Shown here: positions 1-9,740 of the stretch, piece after piece | How positions within the stretch are numbered: position 1 is the stretch's first letter | Layout of the letters: every line of letters begins with the position of its first letter | From: Candidatus Saccharimonadota bacterium | Lineage (GTDB): Bacteria > Patescibacteriota > Microgenomatia > UBA1406 > GWC2-37-13 | Assembly (NCBI GenBank): GCA_016432445.1 | Contig: CP066689.1 | Span: forward strand, 630,001-662,000 | Direction of reading: 5' to 3' | Length of the DNA: 32,000 nucleotides | Notes under the pieces: generated by a model | Databases searched by the model: none | What the model was told of the DNA's origin: nothing | The model's input: only the letters and a program-made list of their open reading frames with translations | Program-made: the position numbers and the translations under genes

Positions 1-1
1 A

Positions 2-541
2 CAACCTAAATATGCAGTGCCGTTAGATAAGGCGATTGCTCCCTACCGAAGTCCATTTTATCAAGATGCCGGAGAACGTAACCTTATTCGCACTCTGTTC
101 TTAAATCAGATTAAAGAGGAAAAATATTCACAACCTTCTGTAAAACCCTATTCTGCATTACTTAATATTGCTGAGAGTGGAGGTTTAGGGGGTTATACTC
201 ATCCGACGAAGTTAATAACGTATATTCTTGAATCCCCTGATTTCTGTGATAAATTTGGCGCACTTAGTGAAAATGAGTCGGGTAAACGACATATCCTTAC
301 TGTTGCTGCAGCTAAAGAAATGGGAAGGTTGTATAGGCTTCGTTCCGCTGCCACTTATGAAGTTTTTGGTGCAAGAATAGATAAAGAACAAGAAATACAA
401 AGATACACTGAAGAAATAAAGATGCTATCAAGCTTTATAGATAACTTAAGTTTAACAGAAAGTCCTGGTAGTCCTCCGGAAGGCAATCGATTACCTTGGC
501 CAGATAGGGGATTGCCTTCAGCAGAGACAAATAGACATTGA
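2..541 (+). CDS. hypothetical protein, C-terminal part (frame is open to the window edge)
   Basis: The frame of ORF 17..541 has no stop back to position 2, so it probably continues upstream. I recognise no motif. It looks more GC-rich than most of the window. Confidence 0.45.
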   Translation, partial: QPKYAVPLDKAIAPYRSPFYQDAGERNLIRTLFLNQIKEEKYSQPSVKPYSALLNIAESGGLGGYTHPTKLITYILESPDFCDKFGALSENESGKRHILTVAAAKEMGRLYRLRSAATYEVFGARIDKEQEIQRYTEEIKMLSSFIDNLSLTESPGSPPEGNRLPWPDRGLPSAETNRH

Positions 542-551
542 TTATTTCATC

Positions 552-580
552 TTGACATTTGAATTTGGGGGAGGTAGAAT
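552..580 (+). promoter_or_regulatory. sigma70-like promoter (TTGACA-17 nt-TAGAAT) upstream of the tRNA-Ala/23S unit
   Basis: TTGACA at 552-557, a 17-nt spacer, and TAGAAT at 575-580, in an intergenic region directly after the stop of the first ORF. Confidence 0.5.
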
Positions 581-724
581 ATCTCTACATGATGAATCTT
601 ATTTCATGATGTAGCACTGGACGCAGCATCACTGCACTCCTATCAGCTTCATCTACCAAAGCCAGTGAATAAACCAAATAAATAGACCTTGTATCGCGGT
701 TTTATTTCGGTTAAAATAGATTCT

Positions 725-754
725 CCCAGAGTGGAAACACTTGGGTCTTTTTTT
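725..754 (+). terminator. terminator-like hairpin with GAAA loop followed by a T-run, 27 nt before tRNA-Ala
   Basis: CCCAGAGTG-GAAA-CACTTGGG (one bulged A, one G-U pair), followed by TCTTTTTTT. Confidence 0.35.
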
Positions 755-780
755 CGCACTTTTAAAATTTTCACTGGACT

Positions 781-854
781 GGGCTCGTAGTTCAGTTGGC
801 TAGAACATCGCATTTGCAATGCGAAGGTCACCGGTTCGATCCCGGTCGAGTCCA
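781..854 (+). tRNA. tRNA-Ala (anticodon UGC)
   Basis: Cloverleaf folded by hand. Acceptor is GGGCTCG/CGAGTCC with the G3-U70 alanine identity pair, anticodon loop TTTGCAA, T-loop TTCGATC. CCA is not encoded. Confidence 0.95.
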
Positions 855-1221
855 CCCTTCGTCCACGAGCTTACGCTCGGGATTTTGGAGTGGCACAGAC
901 ACAACAAAGTGGGGCTAAAATAGTCGGCAAACTATAGTCAGCAGACAACAGAATTAATTTCCGTTGACTGTTGACTGTAGACTATCGACTATATATGTAC
1001 TTTGACAATCAGGAGTAAGGTAACAATTGAAAGGTATAAAATAATACATCTTTTTTTGAATAACTAGAGAGATGGGAGAGTAATGCCAATGGTGGATGCC
1101 TTGGCAGTTTGAACCGAAGAAGGACGCGTGTTTAAGCGCGATATCAACGGTGAGTCCTTAAACAGACATTACAAGCCGTTGGTTTCCGAATGGGATAACC
1201 CCATTCCGAGCAATCGGAATG

Positions 1222-1245
1222 ATCAGGTACCGTCTGGTACCTGAT
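1222..1245 (+). repeat. GGTACC-GTCT-GGTACC hairpin copy 1 (inside 23S)
   Basis: ATCAGGTACC GTCT GGTACCTGAT, a perfect 10-bp stem. Confidence 0.8.
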
Positions 1246-1298
1246 GGGAACCCGGGGAACTGAAACATCTAAGTACCCGGAGGAATATAAATCATATG

Positions 1299-1344
1299 AT
1301 CCTTCGATTTCACTCAGGATCATCCTGAGCGAGGTCGAACGGAT
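1299..1344 (+). other. ~45-nt helical insertion in 23S domain I relative to E. coli
   Basis: It lies between the conserved AAATCA and GAGATTCC-CAGTAGCGGCGAGCGAA strings. ATCCTTCGA pairs with TCGAACGGAT, enclosing CTCAGGA-TCA-TCCTGAG. Confidence 0.6.
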
Positions 1345-1387
1345 GAGATTCCGTCAGTAGCGGCGAGCGAACGCGGAACAGTCTAAA

Positions 1388-1493
1388 TCCCTCTTCGCTT
1401 TTTACTGCGTAAAAAGCTACGATGGGACAGGCCCATTTAATATGAGACTGTGTCCCTACCGGAGATTACTACGAAGTAGTAAGCGGAGGGGGA
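1388..1493 (+). repeat. structured ~105-nt 23S insertion element, copy A
   Basis: Basal stem is TCCCTCTTCGC...GCGGAGGGGGA. Internal hairpins are TTTTTAC-TGC-GTAAAAA, GGGACA...TGTCCC and TTACTAC-GAA-GTAGTAA. It shares end sequences and architecture with 2360-2470. Confidence 0.65.
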
Positions 1494-1678
1494 GGTTGCG
1501 GGAGCTGCAATGTGTCCTTGATTTTTATAGGAGAATGTTCTGGAAAGAACAGTCATAGAAGGTGACAACCCTGTATTCGAAATAAAAATCGGGACTAGCG
1601 GATTTCCCAAGTACCACGAGGCACGGCAAACCTTGTGGGAAGCTGGGTCGGTCACGATCCAAGACTAAACATTCAAAC

Positions 1679-1719
<41 letters not shown>

Positions 1720-1777
1720 TCCCCCAGTGCGGGGAGTGAAATAGAACCTGAATCCATTGGCTAACAAACAGACAAAG

Positions 1778-1799
1778 CCAGGTACCGTCTGGTACCTGG
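1778..1799 (+). repeat. GGTACC-GTCT-GGTACC hairpin copy 2 (inside 23S, helix-25 region)
   Basis: CCAGGTACC GTCT GGTACCTGG, a perfect 9-bp stem. Confidence 0.8.
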
Positions 1800-2359
1800 T
1801 ACTGTCGTGCCTATTGAAGAATGAGTCAGCGAGTCCCCGCTTTGTGTTTGCTTAATCCATTATTTTGGAGGAGGCATAGGGAAACCAAGTGCGAAAAGCG
1901 CGTTTATACATAGCGGGGGACCCGAAACTGGGTGAGCTAACCATGAGCAGGATGAACCCCGATGAAAGTCGGGGGAAGGTCCGAACCCGTTGCAGGTGAA
2001 ATTGCATGGGACGACTTGTGGTTAGGGGTAATATGCCTATCGAACCCAGAGATAGCTGGTTCTCCCCGAAATATATTTAGGTATAGCCTCTATGATTAAA
2101 ATCCTGGGGTAGAGCTACTGGATGGTCTTGGTGCGCGTAAGCGTATCAAAATCAACCAAACTCCGAATACAGGATGTACACATAGGGAGTCAGATCTGCC
2201 CGGATAATCGGGTGTGGTCGAAAGGGAAACAACCCGGACTCTCGTCTAAGGTTCCTAAATGATTATTAAGTGGCAAAGGCCGTTTCATTTCCAATACAGC
2301 AGGGAGGTTGGCTCAGAAGCAGCCATCCTTTAAAGAGTGCGTAACAGCTCACCTGAATA

Positions 2360-2470
2360 TCCCCCTTCGCTCCTTGCTTCGCAACGGAGCTACGGTAGGG
2401 ACAAGTTCCCTTAACTTGTAAGGGATGCTTGCTCCTCCGAAGCTCTTTACGGAGTAAAGAGCGGAGGGGA
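2360..2470 (+). repeat. structured ~110-nt 23S insertion element, copy B (helix-45 region)
   Basis: It is inserted between AGCTCACCTGAATA and GATGGAGCGCCGAAAATG, where E. coli has AGCTCACTGGTCGAGTCGGCCTGCGCGGAAGATG. Basal stem is CCCCCTTCGC...GCGGAGGGG. A shared GCTACGGTAGGGACA block is present, plus a terminal hairpin GCTCTTTAC-GGA-GTAAAGAGC. Confidence 0.65.
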
Positions 2471-2713
2471 GGAGATGGAGCGCCGAAAATGATTCGGATC
2501 TAAATAATCTACCGAAGACAGAGATACTTGCCCTCTGGGCAAGTGTGGTAGGGGAGCGTTCTTACTGCAATGAAGCTCAACTGTAAGGTTGGGTGAAGTG
2601 GTAGGAAGTGAGAATGCTGACATAAGTAGTGACTCTTCCGATGAAAACTCGGAATGCCGAAAGTTCAAGGTTTCCTCAGCAACGTCAATCGACTGAGGGT
2701 TAGTCGGATCTAA

Positions 2714-2735
2714 GGGAGTACCGTCTGGTACCCCC
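2714..2735 (+). repeat. GGTACC-GTCT-GGTACC hairpin copy 3 (inside 23S)
   Basis: GGGAGTACC GTCT GGTACCCCC, with one A-C mismatch in the stem. Confidence 0.75.
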
Positions 2736-3739
2736 GATGTACAAGCAGTTAATATTCTGCTACCTAGTATTACGCGTTATTACTTTACTGATGACGAAGT
2801 TTGAATAAAGAGGCCTTCTATATGAGGGTTTAAGTTGTAAGTCTTTACCGCAAGGTTTAGGAAAGCAACGAATACGATCTGCAGTAATGCGGAGAGCTTT
2901 TGATTTTAAGTTTCCGGGAAAAATCAGTAAAGGAGTGTGATATTAGTCCGTACCGCAAACCGACACAGGTGATCTGGTCGAGAAGACCAAGGCAGACGGG
3001 TAATGGTAGTTTAAGGAACTCGGCAAAAAAGCTGAGCGTAAGCTTTGCAACATGCTCTGACCCGCTTAGCGGGTTTTCAACAAAAGTTTGTCAACCGACT
3101 GTTTAGCAAAAACTCAGGCTCCTGCAAACCTGTAAAAGGGATATATAGGAGCTGAAACCTGTCCGGTACTGGTAAGTTAATCGTTGAGGCTGAAGTATTT
3201 AAGCAATTAGATACCAGGTTTTGGCGCAAGCTCCAGTGAACGACAGCTCTAACCCTGAGAGTTCTAAGGTAGCGTAGCCCCTTGCCGGGTAAGTTCCGGC
3301 CCGCATGAAAGGTTTAACGAGTTGACAACTGTCTTGAACTACTGCCCGACGAACTTGAAATGGCTGTGAAGATGCGGCCTACCTGCACATGGACAAGAAG
3401 ACCCCGGGAGCTTTACTGAAACTTGATATTGGCGAGGAGGAATTAACTGTTGAGAGTAGGAGGGAGTAGGCCATTGGCCTACAACGATGAAACACCTCTC
3501 TTTGATTTTTTCTCACCTTACCCCGCCTTGGCGAGGGACAGTGTTAGGTGGTCAGTTTAACTGGGGCGGTTTCCTCCAAAAAGGTAACGGAGGAGCGCAA
3601 AGGTCAGCTTATTCCGGATAGAAATCGGAATGTAAGTGTAAACGCAAAAGCTGGCTTAACTGTGAGGATGACTATCCGAGCAGATGCGAAAGCAGGCGTT
3701 AGTGATCCCCCATCCCGACGTGATTTTCGGGAGGGGCTT

Positions 3740-3772
<33 letters not shown>

Positions 3773-3808
3773 GGTCTCGCCCGAGAGTTCACATCGACGG
3801 CGAGGTTC

Positions 3809-3839
<31 letters not shown>

Positions 3840-3853
3840 AGCTGAAGTAGGTT

Positions 3854-4708
<855 letters not shown>

Positions 4709-5016
4709 TCGGACTCTATCCTGTGCAGGCGATTGGATTTTTGAAGGGGTTTTTCCACAGTACGAGAGGACCTGGAAGAGGAGATCCCTGGTCTACCGGT
4801 TGTCCCAAAAGGGCATCGCCGGGTAGCTATATCTCTACCTGATAAGCACTGAAAGCATCTCAAGTGCGAAGCAGACCCTAAGATTAGAAATCCCTATAGT
4901 CCACCAGTAGACCACTGGTTTGATAGGTGCTAGATGTAAGCTCTGCAAGGAGTTTAGTCGAGGCATACTAATGGACGATCTCCCATCTCTTTAGTTAGTT
5001 ATAATGAAGATTTATA

Positions 5017-5832
5017 TTATTCGAAACCTAAAAAACTCTTTAATCCCTCCTTTTCAACGTTATTTCTTTTAGCTATAAACTCAATAAGCTTATCATGCTC
5101 TTGGTAAATAAACGAAAACTCATCGTTCTTCGGCAACGGTGCAAGGCTTAATACTCTAATTAGCCCGGAATCTATACCTTCAATACTGCATTTATCACTA
5201 ATTAGAGAAAAAACTGTGGACATGTAATCTTCCGTTGCATCCTCAATATCCTCCGTAACTGTTCTATTATCGGCTTCACATGAATTAGTTACATTCAAAG
5301 ATTGGTCACATTCATAATCATCTGAAGAAGACATACCGGATGCAATTTCAAAATTTCTTTGAGAATGAAGGTATAATGTAAAATAAAATTGTGACCTTAC
5401 TTCCTGTGTTTCCGTATCTTCTTGCGATCTGAAGGCTTTCAATTCATTGCTGTCATCCCGCAACCAAACTGCTATATTGCGATAAAAATCTGCAGTTGCC
5501 TGAAAATAGCGACTTCTTAATTTTTCATTGTCTTTTGGAATTTGATCAATGTCAATTATAGGTGTGTGATAAAACATATGAAACTGTATCCAATAAAATA
5601 GATCTTCTGATGTCGCTTTTGCAGCTAAATTTGTAAATTTGATAGCGTCAAAAGTGGTAATACTTGGGATAGATTTATAATCTGACAGAAGACCTGTTAA
5701 GATAGAAGAATCATACTTTAAGCGGTCTATTTGACTGTAATCATTTTCTTTTTTGCACCATGGAACACTACCAACTGTAGGTTCAAGAACCATCAACTCT
5801 TGAGACATCCCTCTATGTAATTCGGGCTTCAT
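5017..5832 (-). CDS. hypothetical protein (271 aa, acidic C-terminal half)
   Basis: A long ORF convergent on the 23S 3' end. No motif recognised. Confidence 0.55.
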   Translation of the reverse strand: MKPELHRGMSQELMVLEPTVGSVPWCKKENDYSQIDRLKYDSSILTGLLSDYKSIPSITTFDAIKFTNLAAKATSEDLFYWIQFHMFYHTPIIDIDQIPKDNEKLRSRYFQATADFYRNIAVWLRDDSNELKAFRSQEDTETQEVRSQFYFTLYLHSQRNFEIASGMSSSDDYECDQSLNVTNSCEADNRTVTEDIEDATEDYMSTVFSLISDKCSIEGIDSGLIRVLSLAPLPKNDEFSFIYQEHDKLIEFIAKRNNVEKEGLKSFLGFE

Positions 5833-5957
5833 ATATTTATTAAAATTATAACCGTATTCTTAAATTGAGTTAACTTTAATATTCTATCATTATTATAGGT
5901 CGATATCAAATTATCAGCGATTGCCGCAGGTGAATAAATCATGTACTATGATTACAT

Positions 5958-6446
5958 ATGATTGTGCTTGCTATAGACCCAGGAATTGAAAAAGTAGGGT
6001 ATTCGTATTTCGAGAAGAAAACCAATGGATTAGCTACTTTTAAGTACATATCTTCAGGCGTTGTTAAAACTTCAAAAAAAGAATTCATACAAGATAGGAT
6101 ATTTAGTGTCTACAATGAATTAAAAACACTAACTAATAAAATTAAGCCCGATTTGATTGTTTTTGAACAACTCTTTTTCTTCAAGAATGCCAAGACAATA
6201 GTTAAGGTTTGCCAGGCTCAAGGAGTAATTCTACTCCTTGCTTCGCAGGAAAAAATTCAAGTTAAAACGCTTACTCCACTGCAAATAAAACAAATAATTA
6301 CGGGCTATGGAAACGCAGATAAAAAATCCGTGCAAAAAATGCTCCCATTACTTTTAAAAGAGAAGATCGAGTTTAAAGAAGATGATCAGTCTGATGCGGT
6401 GGCTTGCGGCTTGGCTTATTGCTATTTAAATGAAAAGCTTATATAG
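5958..6446 (+). CDS. ruvC: crossover junction endodeoxyribonuclease RuvC
   Basis: IVLAIDPGIEKVGY at the N-terminus, VFEQLFF, GYGNADKKSVQKM, and DDQSDAVACGLAY, with the typical size of 162 aa. Confidence 0.9.
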   Translation: MIVLAIDPGIEKVGYSYFEKKTNGLATFKYISSGVVKTSKKEFIQDRIFSVYNELKTLTNKIKPDLIVFEQLFFFKNAKTIVKVCQAQGVILLLASQEKIQVKTLTPLQIKQIITGYGNADKKSVQKMLPLLLKEKIEFKEDDQSDAVACGLAYCYLNEKLI

Positions 6447-6458
6447 TTTAATATTATA

Positions 6459-8087
6459 ATGAAATCAGTAATTCTTATCGTTCTTGATGGATTTGGCATT
6501 GGTCCTGCAAGCCCTGGCAATGCTATTTTCTTAGCCACCCCCACCAACCTCAACACCTATCTTTATCGTTATCCAAATACTACACTGAAAGCTTCAGGAG
6601 AAGAAGTAGGACTTCCACATGGAGAGGTTGGGAATACAGAAGTCGGTCATATTAATCTTGGTGCTGGAAGAATAATTTATCAAGACTTACCTCGAATCAA
6701 CATGAGTATTGCCGACGGAACTTTTTCAAAAAATAAAGTTTTTTTAAAAGTTATTGAACATCTCGCTCAAACTAAAGGTAAACTCCATTTGCTTGGATTA
6801 ATTGGCAACGGATCAGTACATTCAAGTATTGACCACCTTTATGCCTTACTCAATCTTGCCAAAGAGTCCCGCCTTAAAGATGTTTATATCCACGCTATAA
6901 CTGATGGAAGAGATTCTCCTCCAAAGTCTGCCCAGGAAATACTCATACAGTTTGAAGAAAAAGTGAAACAGCTTGGAATAGGAAGAGTTAGCAGTGTAAT
7001 GGGCCGCTACTTTGCAATGGATCGTGATCGCCGTTGGGAAAGAACGGAGAAAGCTTATTTATGTTTAGCAAAAGGAGTTGGACAAAAGGCTAGCTCAGTT
7101 CGAGAAGCTCTTGAATTTTCTTACAGGCAGGAGAAAACTGATGAGTTTATTGAACCTACTCTTATACTAGATGCCTCTCAGAACCCAGTGCTTATTGATC
7201 AAGGCGATGCCGTAATATTTTTTAATTTCAGAATTGATAGACCGCGTCAACTAACCAAGGCTTTTGTTTTAGATGATTTTGAGAATAAAGCTAATGTCTC
7301 AACTTCATTTGATCCTTACGAAGTTAAATATTCTAAATCACATTTAGCTAAACCTGACGAAAATGTGGCTAGCCCATTTAATCGTGGAAATAAGATTGCT
7401 AATTTGTTATTTGTAACAATGACTGAGTATGAGAAAAATTTACCTGTCGAGATTGCTTTTCCTCAAATTATTGTGTCCATGCCTTTAGGCAGAGTCATCT
7501 CAAACTATAATCTTGCGCAACTGAGGATGAGCGAATCAGAGAAAGAAAGGTTTGTAACATATTATTTCAATGGACAAAGAGATCTATCTTTTCCGCTCGA
7601 AGACCATCAAATTATTCCTTCTCCAAAAGTAGCTACATATGACCTGAGACCGGAAATGTCGGCTATTGAGCTAACTGAAGCGCTTATGACCAACATAAAA
7701 AAAAACCAATATAAATTTATTCTCGTTAATTTTGCTAACCCTGATATGGTTGGACATACTGGAAGTATTGAGGCAACTGTAAAAGCCATAAAAACTGTCG
7801 ATGAGTGTGTTGGAAAAATTGTTAATCTTGCACTGGAATTAAATATGACTGTTTTTATAACCGGCGATCATGGAAACGCAGAACAAAAAATTAATCCTAA
7901 GACTGGCGATATCTCAACAGAACATACAGATAATCCTGTACCTTTTTTCGCTATAAGTAATGATCTTGAAAAGAAATATAGACGTCTGCAAAGCGGGATT
8001 TTAGCTGATGTTGCACCAACAATCTTAACTGAGATGGATATCCCTAAGCCGGAGGAAATGACAGGCAGGAATTTGCTGGAAGGCTAA
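6459..8087 (+). CDS. gpmI: 2,3-bisphosphoglycerate-independent phosphoglycerate mutase
   Basis: ILIVLDGFGI, GNTEVGHINLGAGRIIYQDL, ITDGRDSPP, NFANPDMVGHTG and ITGDHGNAE. Confidence 0.92.
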   Translation: MKSVILIVLDGFGIGPASPGNAIFLATPTNLNTYLYRYPNTTLKASGEEVGLPHGEVGNTEVGHINLGAGRIIYQDLPRINMSIADGTFSKNKVFLKVIEHLAQTKGKLHLLGLIGNGSVHSSIDHLYALLNLAKESRLKDVYIHAITDGRDSPPKSAQEILIQFEEKVKQLGIGRVSSVMGRYFAMDRDRRWERTEKAYLCLAKGVGQKASSVREALEFSYRQEKTDEFIEPTLILDASQNPVLIDQGDAVIFFNFRIDRPRQLTKAFVLDDFENKANVSTSFDPYEVKYSKSHLAKPDENVASPFNRGNKIANLLFVTMTEYEKNLPVEIAFPQIIVSMPLGRVISNYNLAQLRMSESEKERFVTYYFNGQRDLSFPLEDHQIIPSPKVATYDLRPEMSAIELTEALMTNIKKNQYKFILVNFANPDMVGHTGSIEATVKAIKTVDECVGKIVNLALELNMTVFITGDHGNAEQKINPKTGDISTEHTDNPVPFFAISNDLEKKYRRLQSGILADVAPTILTEMDIPKPEEMTGRNLLEG

Positions 8088-8116
8088 CTAAGATTTGAAA
8101 TTTTAGATATAAAATC

Positions 8117-9016
8117 TTAATTTGCTCCTATCTTCTGAAGTATTTTTGCCGCATATATTGCTCCATTTTCCATTGCTGAAGTAATATTTCTGGACTTGAA
8201 AAATTCTGCAATAAAACCAGCCGTATAGGCATCACCGGATCCGGTTGTATCAACTATTTTGGGTACATCAATCGCTTTTTGAAAAAAAACTTTATTGCTC
8301 TGATAGGCGAAACTTCCATTTTTTCCATCAGTGACAACGAGTATTTTGTTTTGCAAAGAAGGAAAGTAAAAATCAACAATGTTCTTATGAAAAAGGACTT
8401 CTTCATAAGGTTTTTTAACAAGCTCAGCAAATTCATGACCATTAACGAAAAGAACGGTAGTTTTTTGAATGATTTCTTCTAATTCTTCATTAGATCGTTT
8501 GCAGTCTTTTTTGCCTAAATTCACGAAAGCTAGGATATCCTTGCTCTCACATTCAACGAGAACTTTAAGCTTGTCTTCTAATGCACTAGCAATAAAAATT
8601 GCTTTGGTTCTGCCAAGAATTTCGTAATCTCGTTTATTTTCAAACAAATTATGGTTGGCGTTTTGAAAATTGATGATTGTCTTCTCACCATTGTCTGTAA
8701 GCAAAATTGCAGATATATTATAATAATGCTCTTTTATCCTACAGTAAAAGTCAGATACGGAATTCTTATGAAGTGCGCTTTTTATAAAATGCTTGAAATC
8801 GTTGTTTCCAATAGCCGCTACCAATGATGCTCTTAGGCCATTTTTTTGGGCTCCTATGGCTACATTAACAGCTCCTCCTCCTAGTCCTTCGTGAAAGTAA
8901 TCAGTGAAATACTTTCCTCCGTAAGCTAACTGAAAACGATTGTCGGCAATAGTCAGAGAATCTCCCTTAAAATAAAGGTCTACACTAATAGATCCTAGGG
9001 TTATGAGGTCATACAT
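8117..9016 (-). CDS. PfkB-family carbohydrate kinase (ribokinase-like)
   Basis: GGGAVNVAIGAQKNGL and the C-terminal DTTGSGDAYTAGF motif. I moved the start to the ATG at 9016 (MYDLITLGSISVD), because the longer ORF to 9121 overlaps the divergent holA-like gene. Confidence 0.8.
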   Translation of the reverse strand: MYDLITLGSISVDLYFKGDSLTIADNRFQLAYGGKYFTDYFHEGLGGGAVNVAIGAQKNGLRASLVAAIGNNDFKHFIKSALHKNSVSDFYCRIKEHYYNISAILLTDNGEKTIINFQNANHNLFENKRDYEILGRTKAIFIASALEDKLKVLVECESKDILAFVNLGKKDCKRSNEELEEIIQKTTVLFVNGHEFAELVKKPYEEVLFHKNIVDFYFPSLQNKILVVTDGKNGSFAYQSNKVFFQKAIDVPKIVDTTGSGDAYTAGFIAEFFKSRNITSAMENGAIYAAKILQKIGAN

Positions 9017-9043
9017 GATTTTATTATACGATATAATATTTAC

Positions 9044-9730
9044 ATGATAACAATCATTTGCGGGGAAGATACGGTAGCTTCCAGAAATTATTTTCAAGAG
9101 CTTAAAAATAAGTATAGTCAAAAAGGATTTGAAATTAAAGATATTGCTTCAAAAGATATTCCCGAGGCGATTAAATCTGATCAGACAGTCAGTCTTTTTA
9201 GCTCAAAAATTATTTTTTTTATAGCAAATCTTAACTCATTTTTATCCAAATCCGCTAATAAAGAGCTTTTAGAAACTTTTGAGGATTTAGCAAAATCTAA
9301 AGACGTAGAAATTGTCGATTGGGAAGAAGATAAAGGATTGCGCGATATTAAGATAGCTAGGCTTGGAAAACTAAAAGAATTTAAGCCACAAAAAAATATT
9401 TTTCAGCTTCTGGACGCTTTATGTCCTGGCAATAAAACAAAATTTATAGAATTGCTTAATACCGTTTCAGAAAAAAGCGAAGACTTGTTTATATTTACAA
9501 TGCTAGCGCGTCATACAAGATCGCTAATACTTGCGCACATTGGAGAATTCACCAGCAAAATTCAATTATGGCAAAAGGGAAAGCTTGTTAGCCAGACAAG
9601 ACGCTGGCAGATTGAAAAACTTCTGGCTTTTTATGAAGGGTTATTCCGAATAGATCTATCAACAAAAACAAGCTCTAACGTCTATGGAATTAAACATTCA
9701 ATTGAAATATTAGCTTGTTACTATTTATAA
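9044..9730 (+). CDS. holA: DNA polymerase III delta subunit-like protein (short)
   Basis: The N-terminal IICGEDTVASRNYFQELK resembles the HolA (L)YGEE..L start. The protein is helical, and 228 aa is short for HolA. The assignment is tentative. Confidence 0.45.
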   Translation: MITIICGEDTVASRNYFQELKNKYSQKGFEIKDIASKDIPEAIKSDQTVSLFSSKIIFFIANLNSFLSKSANKELLETFEDLAKSKDVEIVDWEEDKGLRDIKIARLGKLKEFKPQKNIFQLLDALCPGNKTKFIELLNTVSEKSEDLFIFTMLARHTRSLILAHIGEFTSKIQLWQKGKLVSQTRRWQIEKLLAFYEGLFRIDLSTKTSSNVYGIKHSIEILACYYL

Positions 9731-9740
9731 TAGTCACAAT

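Noticed and set aside
649-855. ORFs antisense or overlapping tRNA genes: 649..855(-), 28245..28580(-), and the N-terminal 39 codons of 23432..24103(+).
   Set aside because: Their translations contain the typical GIEP/GLEP/NQLSY strings produced by reading tRNA genes. The real features are tRNA-Ala, tRNA-Asp, the tRNA-like fragment and tRNA-Arg. The methyltransferase start was moved to 23549.
9017-9121. The upstream extension of the PfkB kinase ORF (start at 9121).
   Set aside because: It would overlap the divergently transcribed holA-like gene by 78 nt and adds a non-conserved hydrophobic leader. The MYDLITLGSISVD start at 9016 matches the usual N-terminus of the family.
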